From a virus, in the IMG/VR virus record IMGVR_UViG_3300029711_000003, positions 1 through 64,000 of that record: DNA of 64,000 nt. One strand, written 5' to 3'. This document shows, one piece after another, positions 17,676 to 26,329 of this stretch. Made by a program: the position numbers and the translations under genes. How positions within the stretch are numbered: the stretch's first letter is position 1; each line of letters starts with the position of its first letter. The notes beneath the pieces were generated by a model, which did not search any database, was not told where the DNA came from, and was given only the letters and a program-made list of their open reading frames with translations.

Positions 17676-20047
17676 ACGAGTTAAGAAAAGCATTGGATAC
17701 CTTTGCCCTCCAAAACGCTGAGGGAAAGGTATCTGATGACCTTTTGGTAAAGGCTTGCGATGCTTACAAGATAAAGTCTGATACATTTCTTGAGGACTAT
17801 GATTATCACGTTTGCGTCGCAAAGTCTTTATATGACCATCTTAATGGGATAGAGCCTGATGAAGAAATTTGTAAGTCGGTAGTCCCAGGTCAGACAAAGG
17901 TTGTCGATGGAGTTATGTACATATACACCGCCACTCCAAATGCTAAGACAAAATACGATTGGCGTGTATTTAAGGGAAAGAAGAAGATTGGGCGACAAGT
18001 TTCAGACCAAAAAGCGGTTGACGCTAAGCAAAAGTATGTAAATGAGTTGTTTCCTCAAGACCTAAGCGGATTGAAAGTTATTAAACAGCTTGGAGGAAGT
18101 ACTGGTGCTAAATTGGTTGAGGATAGTCGTGGTAATCAGTACGTGATGAAGAGAGGTAGCAATACCAGCAATGACCACGTTAAAGCAGAATATCTTACCA
18201 ATCAATTATATGACATCCTTGGTCAGAGAGTTCCTGATTATGAACTTTATGACGACAATGGAGAGGCAGTGTTGTTGTCAAAATACATTCCTTTGACACG
18301 CACTCCTTCTTCTAAGGATTATGATGAGATGGCTAAGGGGTTTGTCGCTGACGCTTTATTGGCCAATTGGGACGTTTATCAAAACGACAACTGTCTCATT
18401 GATTCAGCTGGTAGAGTTATCCGAGTAGATAATGGCGGAGCGTTGCACTATCGTGCTCAAGGAAGTACCAAAACATTTGGCGTTAAGGTTACTGACTTTG
18501 ACAGTATGCAAAAGTACAATCCGTCAGTAGTGGCAAACTTAACAACGCAAGACTACATAAACCAAATAGATGAAGTCTTGTCGAAGAAAGATGACGTTTT
18601 GAATTATTTGGAACAGAATGAAAGCGACACCCTACATGCTATGGTGTTAAAAGCAATGGAAGGTCGTTTCAAAGATTTAGAGCGCATCAAGAACGATTTG
18701 AATGCAAAATTAAACAGGAAAAATCGTAAGATTGTACCGAGAAAACTGAAGAGCGATGCTGACATGTATCGTGACTTTTCCGATGAGGAATTGGACGCAC
18801 TTTGGAATTCAGTAAGCGGAAGTTATCATAACAAGTTATTCGATTATGATTATCAAGTAGGATGGTCAATGTTGAGTAACATATGTAAGGAAAGAGGGTT
18901 TGATGCACGTCCAGAAGTTGTTGATGAAGCAACGTATTGGAATATGGCTAAACAATCCAAGTATCAAATGTTCCGTGGACTTTCTTCGGGTGGCGGTCAC
19001 GATGCAGAGTATTATGCTGATGACTTCAGATACAATGACAACTGTTTCTACGGAACTGTTGGTATTCATGGTTCGGGAATTTATGCTCATGTGAATGACG
19101 GTACTCATAACAAGGACAATACCCAAACTACCTACAAAAATTCAGACGCTTATAGAGCTGCTTTGGGTTATGCGGGAAGAAGCGGTGAAATTCTTGATAT
19201 GTGTCTTGACCCAAAAGCAAAGGTTGCTATGGTGCCTGATTTAAGAAAGGAAATACTTTCTTTGGTCACTTACGACAAAGCAGCCTATGATGCTAAACAA
19301 GCCGAAATTGACCAACTGAATGCAGACCTTACTAAAACTCAGGATGACCTGAACAATATTACAGAAAATACCGAGAAGCAAATCAAGAAAGATATGCACT
19401 GGGATAACGATGTCTTGGTTATGTCTCAACTTGATATTGATAATACCGATTGGGGAGCTGTAACGAGTACTGGTGAGCCTGATTATCCAGGATGGGATGC
19501 TTTCGTGGTAGGCAAGATGTTTGACTGGATTAAGAAGAACGGTGGTACTGTAACAGAGAAAGGCAAGGGCACAGACGTATATGTGTTCAAATTGCCTAAT
19601 AGTAAGGAGAGTTTCATGCTGAGTCGTTTTCAATGGGAAAATAATGCCATAAAGCGCAAAAACGCTTTTGCTAAAGCATACAATTATCCTTTAAGAAGGT
19701 TCCAAGATTGGATGATGAAAAATCATTATCAAGTCATTCAAAAGGTTATCGACAGAGAAACTTCTGATTTGGGCGACAAGGTTAATAAAATGAATAAGGA
19801 GATAAGCCGTATTAAATCGGATTTGAACACTAAGACAAATGAGCTTAATGCTATAAAGAATGCGAAAGACCCAAACAAAGACATAATTACTGGTATCTAT
19901 CAATCCGTTTCAGAAGGAAGCAAAGAAGCTATCGGAACATATGCCGCATTGAAGGGTTATGATGCTATCATTGAGCCTCATGGTAATGGTGGACCAAATT
20001 CATTTATGATTATTCTCAATCGTAGTAAGGTAATTGTAAAACGATGA
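17672..20047 (+). CDS. large multidomain protein: atypical protein-kinase-like domain plus uncharacterised C-terminal half
   Basis: LGGSTGAKLVEDSRGNQYVMK (Gly-loop plus Lys), EYLTNQLY (helix-C Glu), DALLANWDVYQNDN (catalytic-loop D....N) and IRVDNGG (DFG-like). The N-terminal region has VMYIYTATPNAKTKYDWR. The C-terminal FRG / HGSGIYA / IIEP...FMIILNRSKV is only weakly ART-like. Confidence 0.5.
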   Translation: MNELRKALDTFALQNAEGKVSDDLLVKACDAYKIKSDTFLEDYDYHVCVAKSLYDHLNGIEPDEEICKSVVPGQTKVVDGVMYIYTATPNAKTKYDWRVFKGKKKIGRQVSDQKAVDAKQKYVNELFPQDLSGLKVIKQLGGSTGAKLVEDSRGNQYVMKRGSNTSNDHVKAEYLTNQLYDILGQRVPDYELYDDNGEAVLLSKYIPLTRTPSSKDYDEMAKGFVADALLANWDVYQNDNCLIDSAGRVIRVDNGGALHYRAQGSTKTFGVKVTDFDSMQKYNPSVVANLTTQDYINQIDEVLSKKDDVLNYLEQNESDTLHAMVLKAMEGRFKDLERIKNDLNAKLNRKNRKIVPRKLKSDADMYRDFSDEELDALWNSVSGSYHNKLFDYDYQVGWSMLSNICKERGFDARPEVVDEATYWNMAKQSKYQMFRGLSSGGGHDAEYYADDFRYNDNCFYGTVGIHGSGIYAHVNDGTHNKDNTQTTYKNSDAYRAALGYAGRSGEILDMCLDPKAKVAMVPDLRKEILSLVTYDKAAYDAKQAEIDQLNADLTKTQDDLNNITENTEKQIKKDMHWDNDVLVMSQLDIDNTDWGAVTSTGEPDYPGWDAFVVGKMFDWIKKNGGTVTEKGKGTDVYVFKLPNSKESFMLSRFQWENNAIKRKNAFAKAYNYPLRRFQDWMMKNHYQVIQKVIDRETSDLGDKVNKMNKEISRIKSDLNTKTNELNAIKNAKDPNKDIITGIYQSVSEGSKEAIGTYAALKGYDAIIEPHGNGGPNSFMIILNRSKVIVKR

Positions 20048-20051
20048 AGTT

Positions 20052-20417
20052 ATGAACAGAGAAAGAAAACTATCTGTTATGGCGGGCAGAGCATCTAAGG
20101 TAGTTGCTTTGAAAAAACCGTCCAACTTGATTCCATTCAGGGGCAAATTTCCTTTGTTGGAAGCATATCAGGTGAAGCCGTATCTTGAAGCTGTACAATC
20201 AACTGATAATTTGGAAGATTTATCTGAAGAGTTTCAGAAGATAACTGAAAAGGGCAACCGCATAGTTGTTCTTGAAGATGGCTTCAAACAATATCTATCG
20301 GGATTTGGTATAAGTCCGAGCGATTTTGACAATTTAAGCAACAGCGAGAAGTCCGATAAGTTGATAAATTGGATGGCTCATGATTGTATTGATTTTTCTC
20401 AACTAACAATTAAGTGA
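20052..20417 (+). CDS. hypothetical protein
   Basis: ORF track, 121 aa. Confidence 0.45.
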   Translation: MNRERKLSVMAGRASKVVALKKPSNLIPFRGKFPLLEAYQVKPYLEAVQSTDNLEDLSEEFQKITEKGNRIVVLEDGFKQYLSGFGISPSDFDNLSNSEKSDKLINWMAHDCIDFSQLTIK

Positions 20418-20418
20418 T

Positions 20419-20829
20419 ATGGCAGATTTTTTAACAGCTTTCAATCGTACTGAAAAGAACGAAGGAAAGGATATTTGGACAAATGTAGATGGAGATAGTG
20501 GCGGTGAAACTTGGAGCGGCATAAGCCGTAAAGCCAATCCATCTTGGAGCGGTTGGAAAATTCTTGACCAAATTAAGAATAAGAAAAACGGTCAAAAAAT
20601 TTCTACGCCAGAGCTTGAAGAGCGTAAACAGTCGTTGTATCGTACTAATTATTGGAATCCAATTTGGGGTGATGAAATCAAAAATCAAAAGGTTGCTAAT
20701 GATTTGTATGATACAGGAGTAAATTGCGGAGTATCAATGTCAATCAAGCTGTCAGAAAGGCAGTTCAAAATGAAAGAAACGGGTAGAATGTCCGATGAAT
20801 TATTGAGCAAATTAAATAGTGTCGTATGA
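20419..20829 (+). CDS. endolysin, glycoside hydrolase family 108-like
   Basis: EKNEGKD...DGDSGGETWSGIS and LYRTNYWNPIWGDEI...LYDTGVNCG match the GH108 pattern E.G...D.GG.T..GI ... YR..YW ... D..VN.G. Confidence 0.7.
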   Translation: MADFLTAFNRTEKNEGKDIWTNVDGDSGGETWSGISRKANPSWSGWKILDQIKNKKNGQKISTPELEERKQSLYRTNYWNPIWGDEIKNQKVANDLYDTGVNCGVSMSIKLSERQFKMKETGRMSDELLSKLNSVV

Positions 20830-21533
20830 TAGGCATAATCTATAAATTCACTATCCTTGCCCGATATAGAATGGACGGCCATAAACCGTTCTACGTTGGT
20901 CAACATTGGACAAATGACATTGAACGCTTTCTAAGAGTCAATTGCGGTAATTATTATGGAAGTGGTTCAATTTGGAATGATTTTATAGATAAGATGAAAA
21001 AGGATTATCCGAAGAATTGGAGAAAACTTTTGAAGAGAGAAATTTTGTTTTATTCAGATAAGATAAGCCCTGATGCTTTGAATAAACTTGAGGCTTATTA
21101 TATTAAGCGTGAGAAGTCTCATTACTCTTATAAGTTAGGTGGAACTAATGTCCTTTGGGAAGCATCTACTGAGAATAGTCCTATGCTTAACAGAAAACAT
21201 AAAGAAACATCTAAGATTAAGATGAGAAATGCTAAAATAGGAAAGTCATTATCTGAAGTTCATAAACAAAATATATCAAAATCTATAAACTACTTTTGGA
21301 ATCATATTTCAGATGAAGAGAGAAAGATTTTGGTATCAAAACTCACTAATAAGCCAAATGCTATGAAAGGCACTAAATACATAACTAATGGTTTGATTGA
21401 ATGTAGAATTAAAGCAAATGATGATATTCCTGTAGGTTGGAAGTTAGGCAGAAAACCTAAAAGTGAAGAAACGTGCAGAAGAATAAGTGAATCTCAAATT
21501 AAAAGATGGAGAAGAATAAAAGAATGTGTATGA
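20826..21533 (+). CDS. free-standing GIY-YIG homing endonuclease with NUMOD3-type repeats
   Basis: GIIYKFT...FYVGQ...YYGSGS is the GIY-YIG core. RKHKETSKIKMRNAKIGKSLSEVHKQNISKS gives NUMOD3-like repeats. AT-rich. ATGA overlaps at both ends. Confidence 0.8.
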   Translation: MIGIIYKFTILARYRMDGHKPFYVGQHWTNDIERFLRVNCGNYYGSGSIWNDFIDKMKKDYPKNWRKLLKREILFYSDKISPDALNKLEAYYIKREKSHYSYKLGGTNVLWEASTENSPMLNRKHKETSKIKMRNAKIGKSLSEVHKQNISKSINYFWNHISDEERKILVSKLTNKPNAMKGTKYITNGLIECRIKANDDIPVGWKLGRKPKSEETCRRISESQIKRWRRIKECV

Positions 21534-21859
21534 AAAAGTTATTCTTATGCTTGCTAACAGTCTTAATGGTTAGCTGTGGTACGAGAGTTCAGAACGATGA
21601 ACCAAGAGTTCCTACGATGCCTGATACTGTTTACGTTGAGGTGCCCAATCTTAATGAAGAACGTATTAAGGAGCTTGAAGCAGATGTTGAGTATTGGAAA
21701 GCCGTAGCGGATAGTGTAAACACAACCATTCCGTATGATGACTATATGAATGCTCGCAGAATGGAAAAAGTAAAGTATTACATTTCTATTTGCGAGAAAA
21801 ATTCAAATAACAAAAAATTTTTCTACGGATGGATAAAAAGAACTATGTCTGAAAATTAG
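21530..21859 (+). CDS. lipoprotein
   Basis: MKKLFLCLLTVLMVSC: signal peptide with a lipobox-like MVSC. I prefer the ATG at 21530 (ATGA overlap) over the track start at 21506. Confidence 0.55.
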   Translation: MKKLFLCLLTVLMVSCGTRVQNDEPRVPTMPDTVYVEVPNLNEERIKELEADVEYWKAVADSVNTTIPYDDYMNARRMEKVKYYISICEKNSNNKKFFYGWIKRTMSEN

Positions 21860-21874
21860 CAATTTTATTGTTGA

Positions 21875-21883
21875 CAGTTATAA
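21875..21883 (+). promoter_or_regulatory. conserved CAGTTATAA element (candidate phage promoter core)
   Basis: 57 nt upstream of the protease/scaffold ATG. Here it precedes the hairpin. Confidence 0.3.
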
Positions 21884-21886
21884 AGA

Positions 21887-21925
21887 GGTCAAGAGTAACA
21901 AAAACTTTTGACCTTTTATTTTTGA
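21887..21925 (+). terminator. rho-independent terminator / 5' UTR hairpin
   Basis: GGTCAAGAG / CTTTTGACC (one G-T pair), 9-nt loop, TTTTATTTTT tail. Confidence 0.55.
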
Positions 21926-21931
21926 AAAGAT

Positions 21932-23482
21932 ATGTCAAAGAATTTAGAAGATAATTTCAAATTTTGGTGTCCTATCGAAAAGGCTCAAGAAACCATTGAC
22001 CCTACGACTGGAGAACAAGTGATGCGTTTAGGCGGCATTGCTTCCACTTCAGATGAAGATGCTGATGGAGAATTTCTTGACCCCAAGGGATTTGATATCA
22101 AGCCGTTAATGGAAAGCGGTATGGTCAATTGGCATCATCAAGCCAAAGGACAACCTGCCACTATTATTGGAGAGCCTACAAAAGCAGAGATACGCCCAGA
22201 GGGTTTATACATTGAAACAGATTTGTATCCGAGTTCTAAAATAGCTTGCGATGTTTGGGAGCTTGCTAATACTCTTGAGAAAGACTCAAAGACAAGGCGG
22301 TTGGGGTATTCTATTGAAGGAAAAGTTGTCAAGAGAAAATCTAACAACAAAAATTCTCCTGACTACAAAAAGATTGTAAAGGCTATTATCACTGGAGTAG
22401 CTATTACTCATCAGCCGAAAAATCCCAAGACATTCGCTAATATCATTAAGGGTGAGATTGACGATGATGAGGAAGAAGTAGATATGTTTGACGGCAATGG
22501 CGATTCAAATAATCTAATGAAAAAACTCAATGAAAAAGAAAAGAGTTTGGACACCGAAAGCGGAAAGCCTTTGAAAAAAGAGTCATTGAATAAAAAGCTC
22601 AAAAATCAAACTTTTGGAAAATCAGAGGTAGTTGAGCGACTTTTCAAAGACATTCCAGGTATTAGTATTGAAAAAGCAGAAAAGATTTATTCACTTATAT
22701 CAAAAATTTCCAATATGAAAGGTAAAATTTCAGTCACAGAAGAGGATATTCAGAAGGCTTATGAAGCCCTTGGGCTTGAGTTAGAGCCTACTGAAGATGT
22801 CCAAAAGGGTGGTGACGGATGCACCAACGGAGGCAAGGAGCAAACTCTGAATAAGGCGAAAGCTAAGAAAGCAGAAGATGCTGATGACTCTGAAGAGCAA
22901 GAAGAAACTACCGAAGAAAATGAGGAAGATGATGACGATGCTCAAAAGGGATGCGGTGGCAAGATGAAGAAAGGCGGTGATGGCGGCAATCGTTTTGACC
23001 GTATTGAAAAAGCCATGGCAACTTCTCATCAGGTTACTTCCAAGTACATTAAGGCTTTGGGCGTCATGATTAAAGACGCAAGTCAGAAATTGGAGAAAGC
23101 TGCAGAGCGTGAAATGGAGTTGCTTGACCTTGTAAAAGCTCAGGAAGACACCATTTCAGCTTTGACCGAAAAGATTGAGCAGTTTGGTTCTGAGGTTCCT
23201 GCTCCGAAGTCACTCAGTGCTGCACGTCCAGTTGAACGTCAGTTTGCTAAGGGTAATGAAGAAGATGATTTGAACAAAGGCGGTGAAGGTCGCAAGTCAA
23301 ATCAGGTATCTATGAGCCGACAGCCGAGATTGGTTGCAGAAATTCTTGACCAAGCTACGTTTGCTAAGGGATATGACGCTGAGTTCAGCAAGGCTTGTAC
23401 TACCTTTGAAGCAAGCAAAACTTTGCCGGCAAGTATTATTGCCCGTGTAAAGAATGAGTGTGGATACGAAATTGTTAAATAA
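21932..23482 (+). CDS. prohead serine protease fused to scaffolding-like domain
   Basis: The N-terminal GGIASTSDEDADGEFLDPKGFD...VNWHH...GLYIE...LGYSIEG fits the HK97-type prohead protease pattern. The C-terminal ~300 aa are acidic and coiled-coil, as scaffolds are. Lies directly upstream of the capsid gene. Confidence 0.7.
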   Translation: MSKNLEDNFKFWCPIEKAQETIDPTTGEQVMRLGGIASTSDEDADGEFLDPKGFDIKPLMESGMVNWHHQAKGQPATIIGEPTKAEIRPEGLYIETDLYPSSKIACDVWELANTLEKDSKTRRLGYSIEGKVVKRKSNNKNSPDYKKIVKAIITGVAITHQPKNPKTFANIIKGEIDDDEEEVDMFDGNGDSNNLMKKLNEKEKSLDTESGKPLKKESLNKKLKNQTFGKSEVVERLFKDIPGISIEKAEKIYSLISKISNMKGKISVTEEDIQKAYEALGLELEPTEDVQKGGDGCTNGGKEQTLNKAKAKKAEDADDSEEQEETTEENEEDDDDAQKGCGGKMKKGGDGGNRFDRIEKAMATSHQVTSKYIKALGVMIKDASQKLEKAAEREMELLDLVKAQEDTISALTEKIEQFGSEVPAPKSLSAARPVERQFAKGNEEDDLNKGGEGRKSNQVSMSRQPRLVAEILDQATFAKGYDAEFSKACTTFEASKTLPASIIARVKNECGYEIVK

Positions 23483-23501
23483 CGCTTAAAACGAGAATAA
23501 G

Positions 23502-24998
23502 ATGAACGAAAGATTGACAATCAACTTGGCTGATTATGGCTTTGCCTCTCAGCAAGATGGTTTCCGCGCTGGAATGGAAAGTTCTGAAACCGTTGACCAG
23601 CTTAACAAAGCGTTGGCTGCGGAACAGATTACTGGCCGTGAAACCACAGACCTGACTACTGCGTCGGGTGCTCCGTTGAAAGTTGAGTCTTTGGAGAAAA
23701 CTCTGAAGCACCTTACTTTCCGTGAGCAAGACATTCGGTTGTGGAAGGATATTCCGAAGAAACCTGCCTACAACACCGTTGAAGAGTACAACCAGCAAGT
23801 AAGCTACGGTGCACACCGTGGAGGTTGGAATAGAGAAGGTGAGCTGCCTGAAGAGGAAGACAGCGTATTTGTACGCAGGGCTCAGTTGGTGAAATACCTT
23901 GGTGTAACCAAGAGTGTAACTCACCAGATGACCCTTGTAAATACGATGATTGGTTCTGTGATGGAGCGCACTATCAAGGACGGTACGTTGTGGATTTTGC
24001 GTGCTCTGAACGAAGGCTTGTACTTCGGTGATGAGAAGATTGTTCCTGAACAGTTCAACGGTTTCATTGCTCAGCAGAAGGGTTCTGACTCTTGGGCATC
24101 TTACGCTGAATATATGGACAGTGAGCATGTTATTGATTTGCGTGGCTCTGCTTTGACTGAGGACGCTATCGAAACTGCTGCAAACACTATCGTAGAAAAC
24201 TACGGTTTAGGTACTCAGATTTATGGACCACCCGCAGTTCTTTCCAACTTTGTTAAGAACTTCTATGGCAATAAGTTCGTTGTGCCCAATACTCCGAGCT
24301 TGTCTGACGGTATTATGGGTCAGCGTGTTCAGGCATTTGACTCTCAGTTCGGTCGTATCGGTTTGAATCACGATGTGTTCTTCAAGAAGCTGCCGTCAAA
24401 GACTGCATCTTCAGCTGCCACTTCTCAAAAAGCTCCGACAAAACCGACTTGGGACGGTTCAACGCCTGCTACGGTTCAATCTACTATTGCTGGAAGCAAG
24501 TGGGGTAGCACGGATGCTGGTAACGTGTACTACGCTGTAACGGCAATCAACCGTTTCGGTGAGTCTGATTTGGCTGTTTACGATACTGCCGTAGCTGCAA
24601 CTGCTGGTTCTGCCATTGACCTCAAGTTCGCTGATGGAGGCGGTGTTAACAAAGCAACAGCCTATCGCATTTACCGTACTAAGGTTGGTGGAACTGCAGC
24701 TGGCCCATTCTATCCGTTGTTTGAGGTATCGGTTGATGACCTGACCCGTGGTTATGACGGTGGTTCTCCTGGAATTATCCGTGATATGAATCGGTACTTG
24801 CCCGATACTGACCAGAGCATTCTGTTCCAGTTCGACAACGAAGTTATTGAGTTCTCTCAGTTGGCTCCGTTGATGAAGATGGATTTGGCTGTTCTTTCTC
24901 CTGCTTTCCGTTTCATGATTTTGCTGTACGGTACTCCGTTCTTGTATGCGCCGAAGAAGATGGTACGCTTCATCAATATCGGAAAGACAATTCAGTAA
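23502..24998 (+). CDS. major capsid protein
   Basis: 498 aa. Immediately follows protease/scaffold and is followed by a strong terminator. The call is by synteny and size. Confidence 0.7.
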   Translation: MNERLTINLADYGFASQQDGFRAGMESSETVDQLNKALAAEQITGRETTDLTTASGAPLKVESLEKTLKHLTFREQDIRLWKDIPKKPAYNTVEEYNQQVSYGAHRGGWNREGELPEEEDSVFVRRAQLVKYLGVTKSVTHQMTLVNTMIGSVMERTIKDGTLWILRALNEGLYFGDEKIVPEQFNGFIAQQKGSDSWASYAEYMDSEHVIDLRGSALTEDAIETAANTIVENYGLGTQIYGPPAVLSNFVKNFYGNKFVVPNTPSLSDGIMGQRVQAFDSQFGRIGLNHDVFFKKLPSKTASSAATSQKAPTKPTWDGSTPATVQSTIAGSKWGSTDAGNVYYAVTAINRFGESDLAVYDTAVAATAGSAIDLKFADGGGVNKATAYRIYRTKVGGTAAGPFYPLFEVSVDDLTRGYDGGSPGIIRDMNRYLPDTDQSILFQFDNEVIEFSQLAPLMKMDLAVLSPAFRFMILLYGTPFLYAPKKMVRFINIGKTIQ

Positions 24999-25029
24999 AC
25001 AAGGTCAGAATAAATAGTAACAATCGAAG

Positions 25030-25066
25030 AAGGGGTGGGGCTGTTCTGCCCTGCCCTTTTTTCTTA
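25030..25066 (+). terminator. rho-independent terminator
   Basis: GC-rich stem GGGTGGGGC / GCCCTGCCC with two G-T pairs, 6-nt loop, TTTTTT tail. Confidence 0.7.
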
Positions 25067-25082
25067 AAAATCGTTCAAAAAG

Positions 25083-25508
25083 ATGAAAATTAAAGCGAAA
25101 AACAGTAAGATTGCTTCCATGAAGCTTTGCGTGCCCGTAGATGGCGTTATTAGCATTGACCATAACGGAGTAGCGGACGTATCACCTAAGTGTGCAGCGT
25201 TGCTTGTAAAAGGCACTAATGACTGGGAATATCTGAAGAAGTCTGCCGCTAAAACTGAAGAGGAAGAAAAGACTTCAACGGATGAAGTTGAAGAGCCTGA
25301 AGCTGAGGAAGAGGAAACCGAAGAAGATGGAAAGTCTGACCGTGAAAGGTTTGAAGCCTATCTTGACGGATTGACCGTTGCTCAGATGAAGGACTATGCT
25401 AAGGAAGGCAATTTGCCTGCTGAAGAATATGACAAACTTTCTTCTAAGAAGCTGATGAAAGCATATCTTCTGAAGAAGTATGACGAAACGGCTGAAGAGG
25501 AAGATTAA
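25083..25508 (+). CDS. acidic protein with C-terminal HeH/Rho_N-like motif
   Basis: 141 aa. EEEEK..EEPEAEEEETEED tract. LTVAQMKDYAKEGNLPAEEYDKLSSKKLMKAYL resembles SAP/HeH helix-extension-helix motifs. Confidence 0.5.
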   Translation: MKIKAKNSKIASMKLCVPVDGVISIDHNGVADVSPKCAALLVKGTNDWEYLKKSAAKTEEEEKTSTDEVEEPEAEEEETEEDGKSDRERFEAYLDGLTVAQMKDYAKEGNLPAEEYDKLSSKKLMKAYLLKKYDETAEEED

Positions 25509-25529
25509 CAACAGTAACATTGTTTTGAT

Positions 25530-26327
25530 ATGCCAAGTTTAAGACTGAAAATAAAATACAACAAGAATATGGGGATGATTATGTCTCCAACCGAGTTGTT
25601 AGAGAATTACATGTTTGGTATTCCTATGTGTTCAAATGACGGTAGGAAAATGTCCATGTCATCCATTTCTCAGCACATTCTGTCAGCTCAATCTTTGATA
25701 GAAAATCTTTTCAGTATTAAGCTAACAAAACAAGTCATAGAGGAAAACCGAGATTACATCAGGCAGGAATTTATGTCTTGGGGGTATATCAAAACAATGT
25801 ATCCTATTGCCTATATAGACAATTTGGAGGGATGGATAAACGATGTTTGTCAATTGACTTATCCCAGAGAATGGTTGTCTATTAAGAAAATTGAGTCAGT
25901 AGCAATATATCGAAATATATATCTTATTCCAAATACTGGTAGTAAGGAAGGTGCTCACATGACAAACAATTCTTTGATTTACAACGGTATTTCACCGCAT
26001 CTTGGATGGTTCGGTCAGGCTTATATTCCAAACTACTGGCGCACAAGATATATCACTGGTTGGGATAAGATACCTGCTGATTTGTTTGATTTTACTGCTA
26101 AGTTGGCTGCACTTAATGTCCTTGCTGTTATAGGTGATGTTTTGTATGGAATTGGTTTGACATCTATAAGCATAACGCTTGACGGAGTGAGCCAAAATAC
26201 TCCATTGACCCGTAGTGCTCAAGGAGGATTGTTTGCAGGTCGTATAAAGACTTACATTGACCAAATGAATCAAGTCTTGCCTATATTGAAATCTAAGTAT
26301 CGTGGCATACCGTTTGAAGTTTTGTAA
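25530..26327 (+). CDS. putative head-tail connector/neck protein
   Basis: 265 aa. Positioned between the capsid and sheath genes. No motif. Confidence 0.4.
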   Translation: MPSLRLKIKYNKNMGMIMSPTELLENYMFGIPMCSNDGRKMSMSSISQHILSAQSLIENLFSIKLTKQVIEENRDYIRQEFMSWGYIKTMYPIAYIDNLEGWINDVCQLTYPREWLSIKKIESVAIYRNIYLIPNTGSKEGAHMTNNSLIYNGISPHLGWFGQAYIPNYWRTRYITGWDKIPADLFDFTAKLAALNVLAVIGDVLYGIGLTSISITLDGVSQNTPLTRSAQGGLFAGRIKTYIDQMNQVLPILKSKYRGIPFEVL

Positions 26328-26329
26328 GC

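Noticed and set aside
17672-20047. A firm ADP-ribosyltransferase call for the C-terminal half of the 791-aa protein.
   Set aside because: FRG and a terminal hydrophobic-LNR strand are suggestive, but I could not find a clean STS or ExE/QxE motif, and a ~200-aa insertion would be needed. It is mentioned only as a weak possibility.
23475-24128. 217-aa minus-strand ORF, the longest antisense ORF.
   Set aside because: It lies entirely antisense to the 5' part of the major capsid gene. The sequence is low-complexity and Leu/Ser/Arg/Val-rich, as is typical of antisense translation. It has no independent signals.
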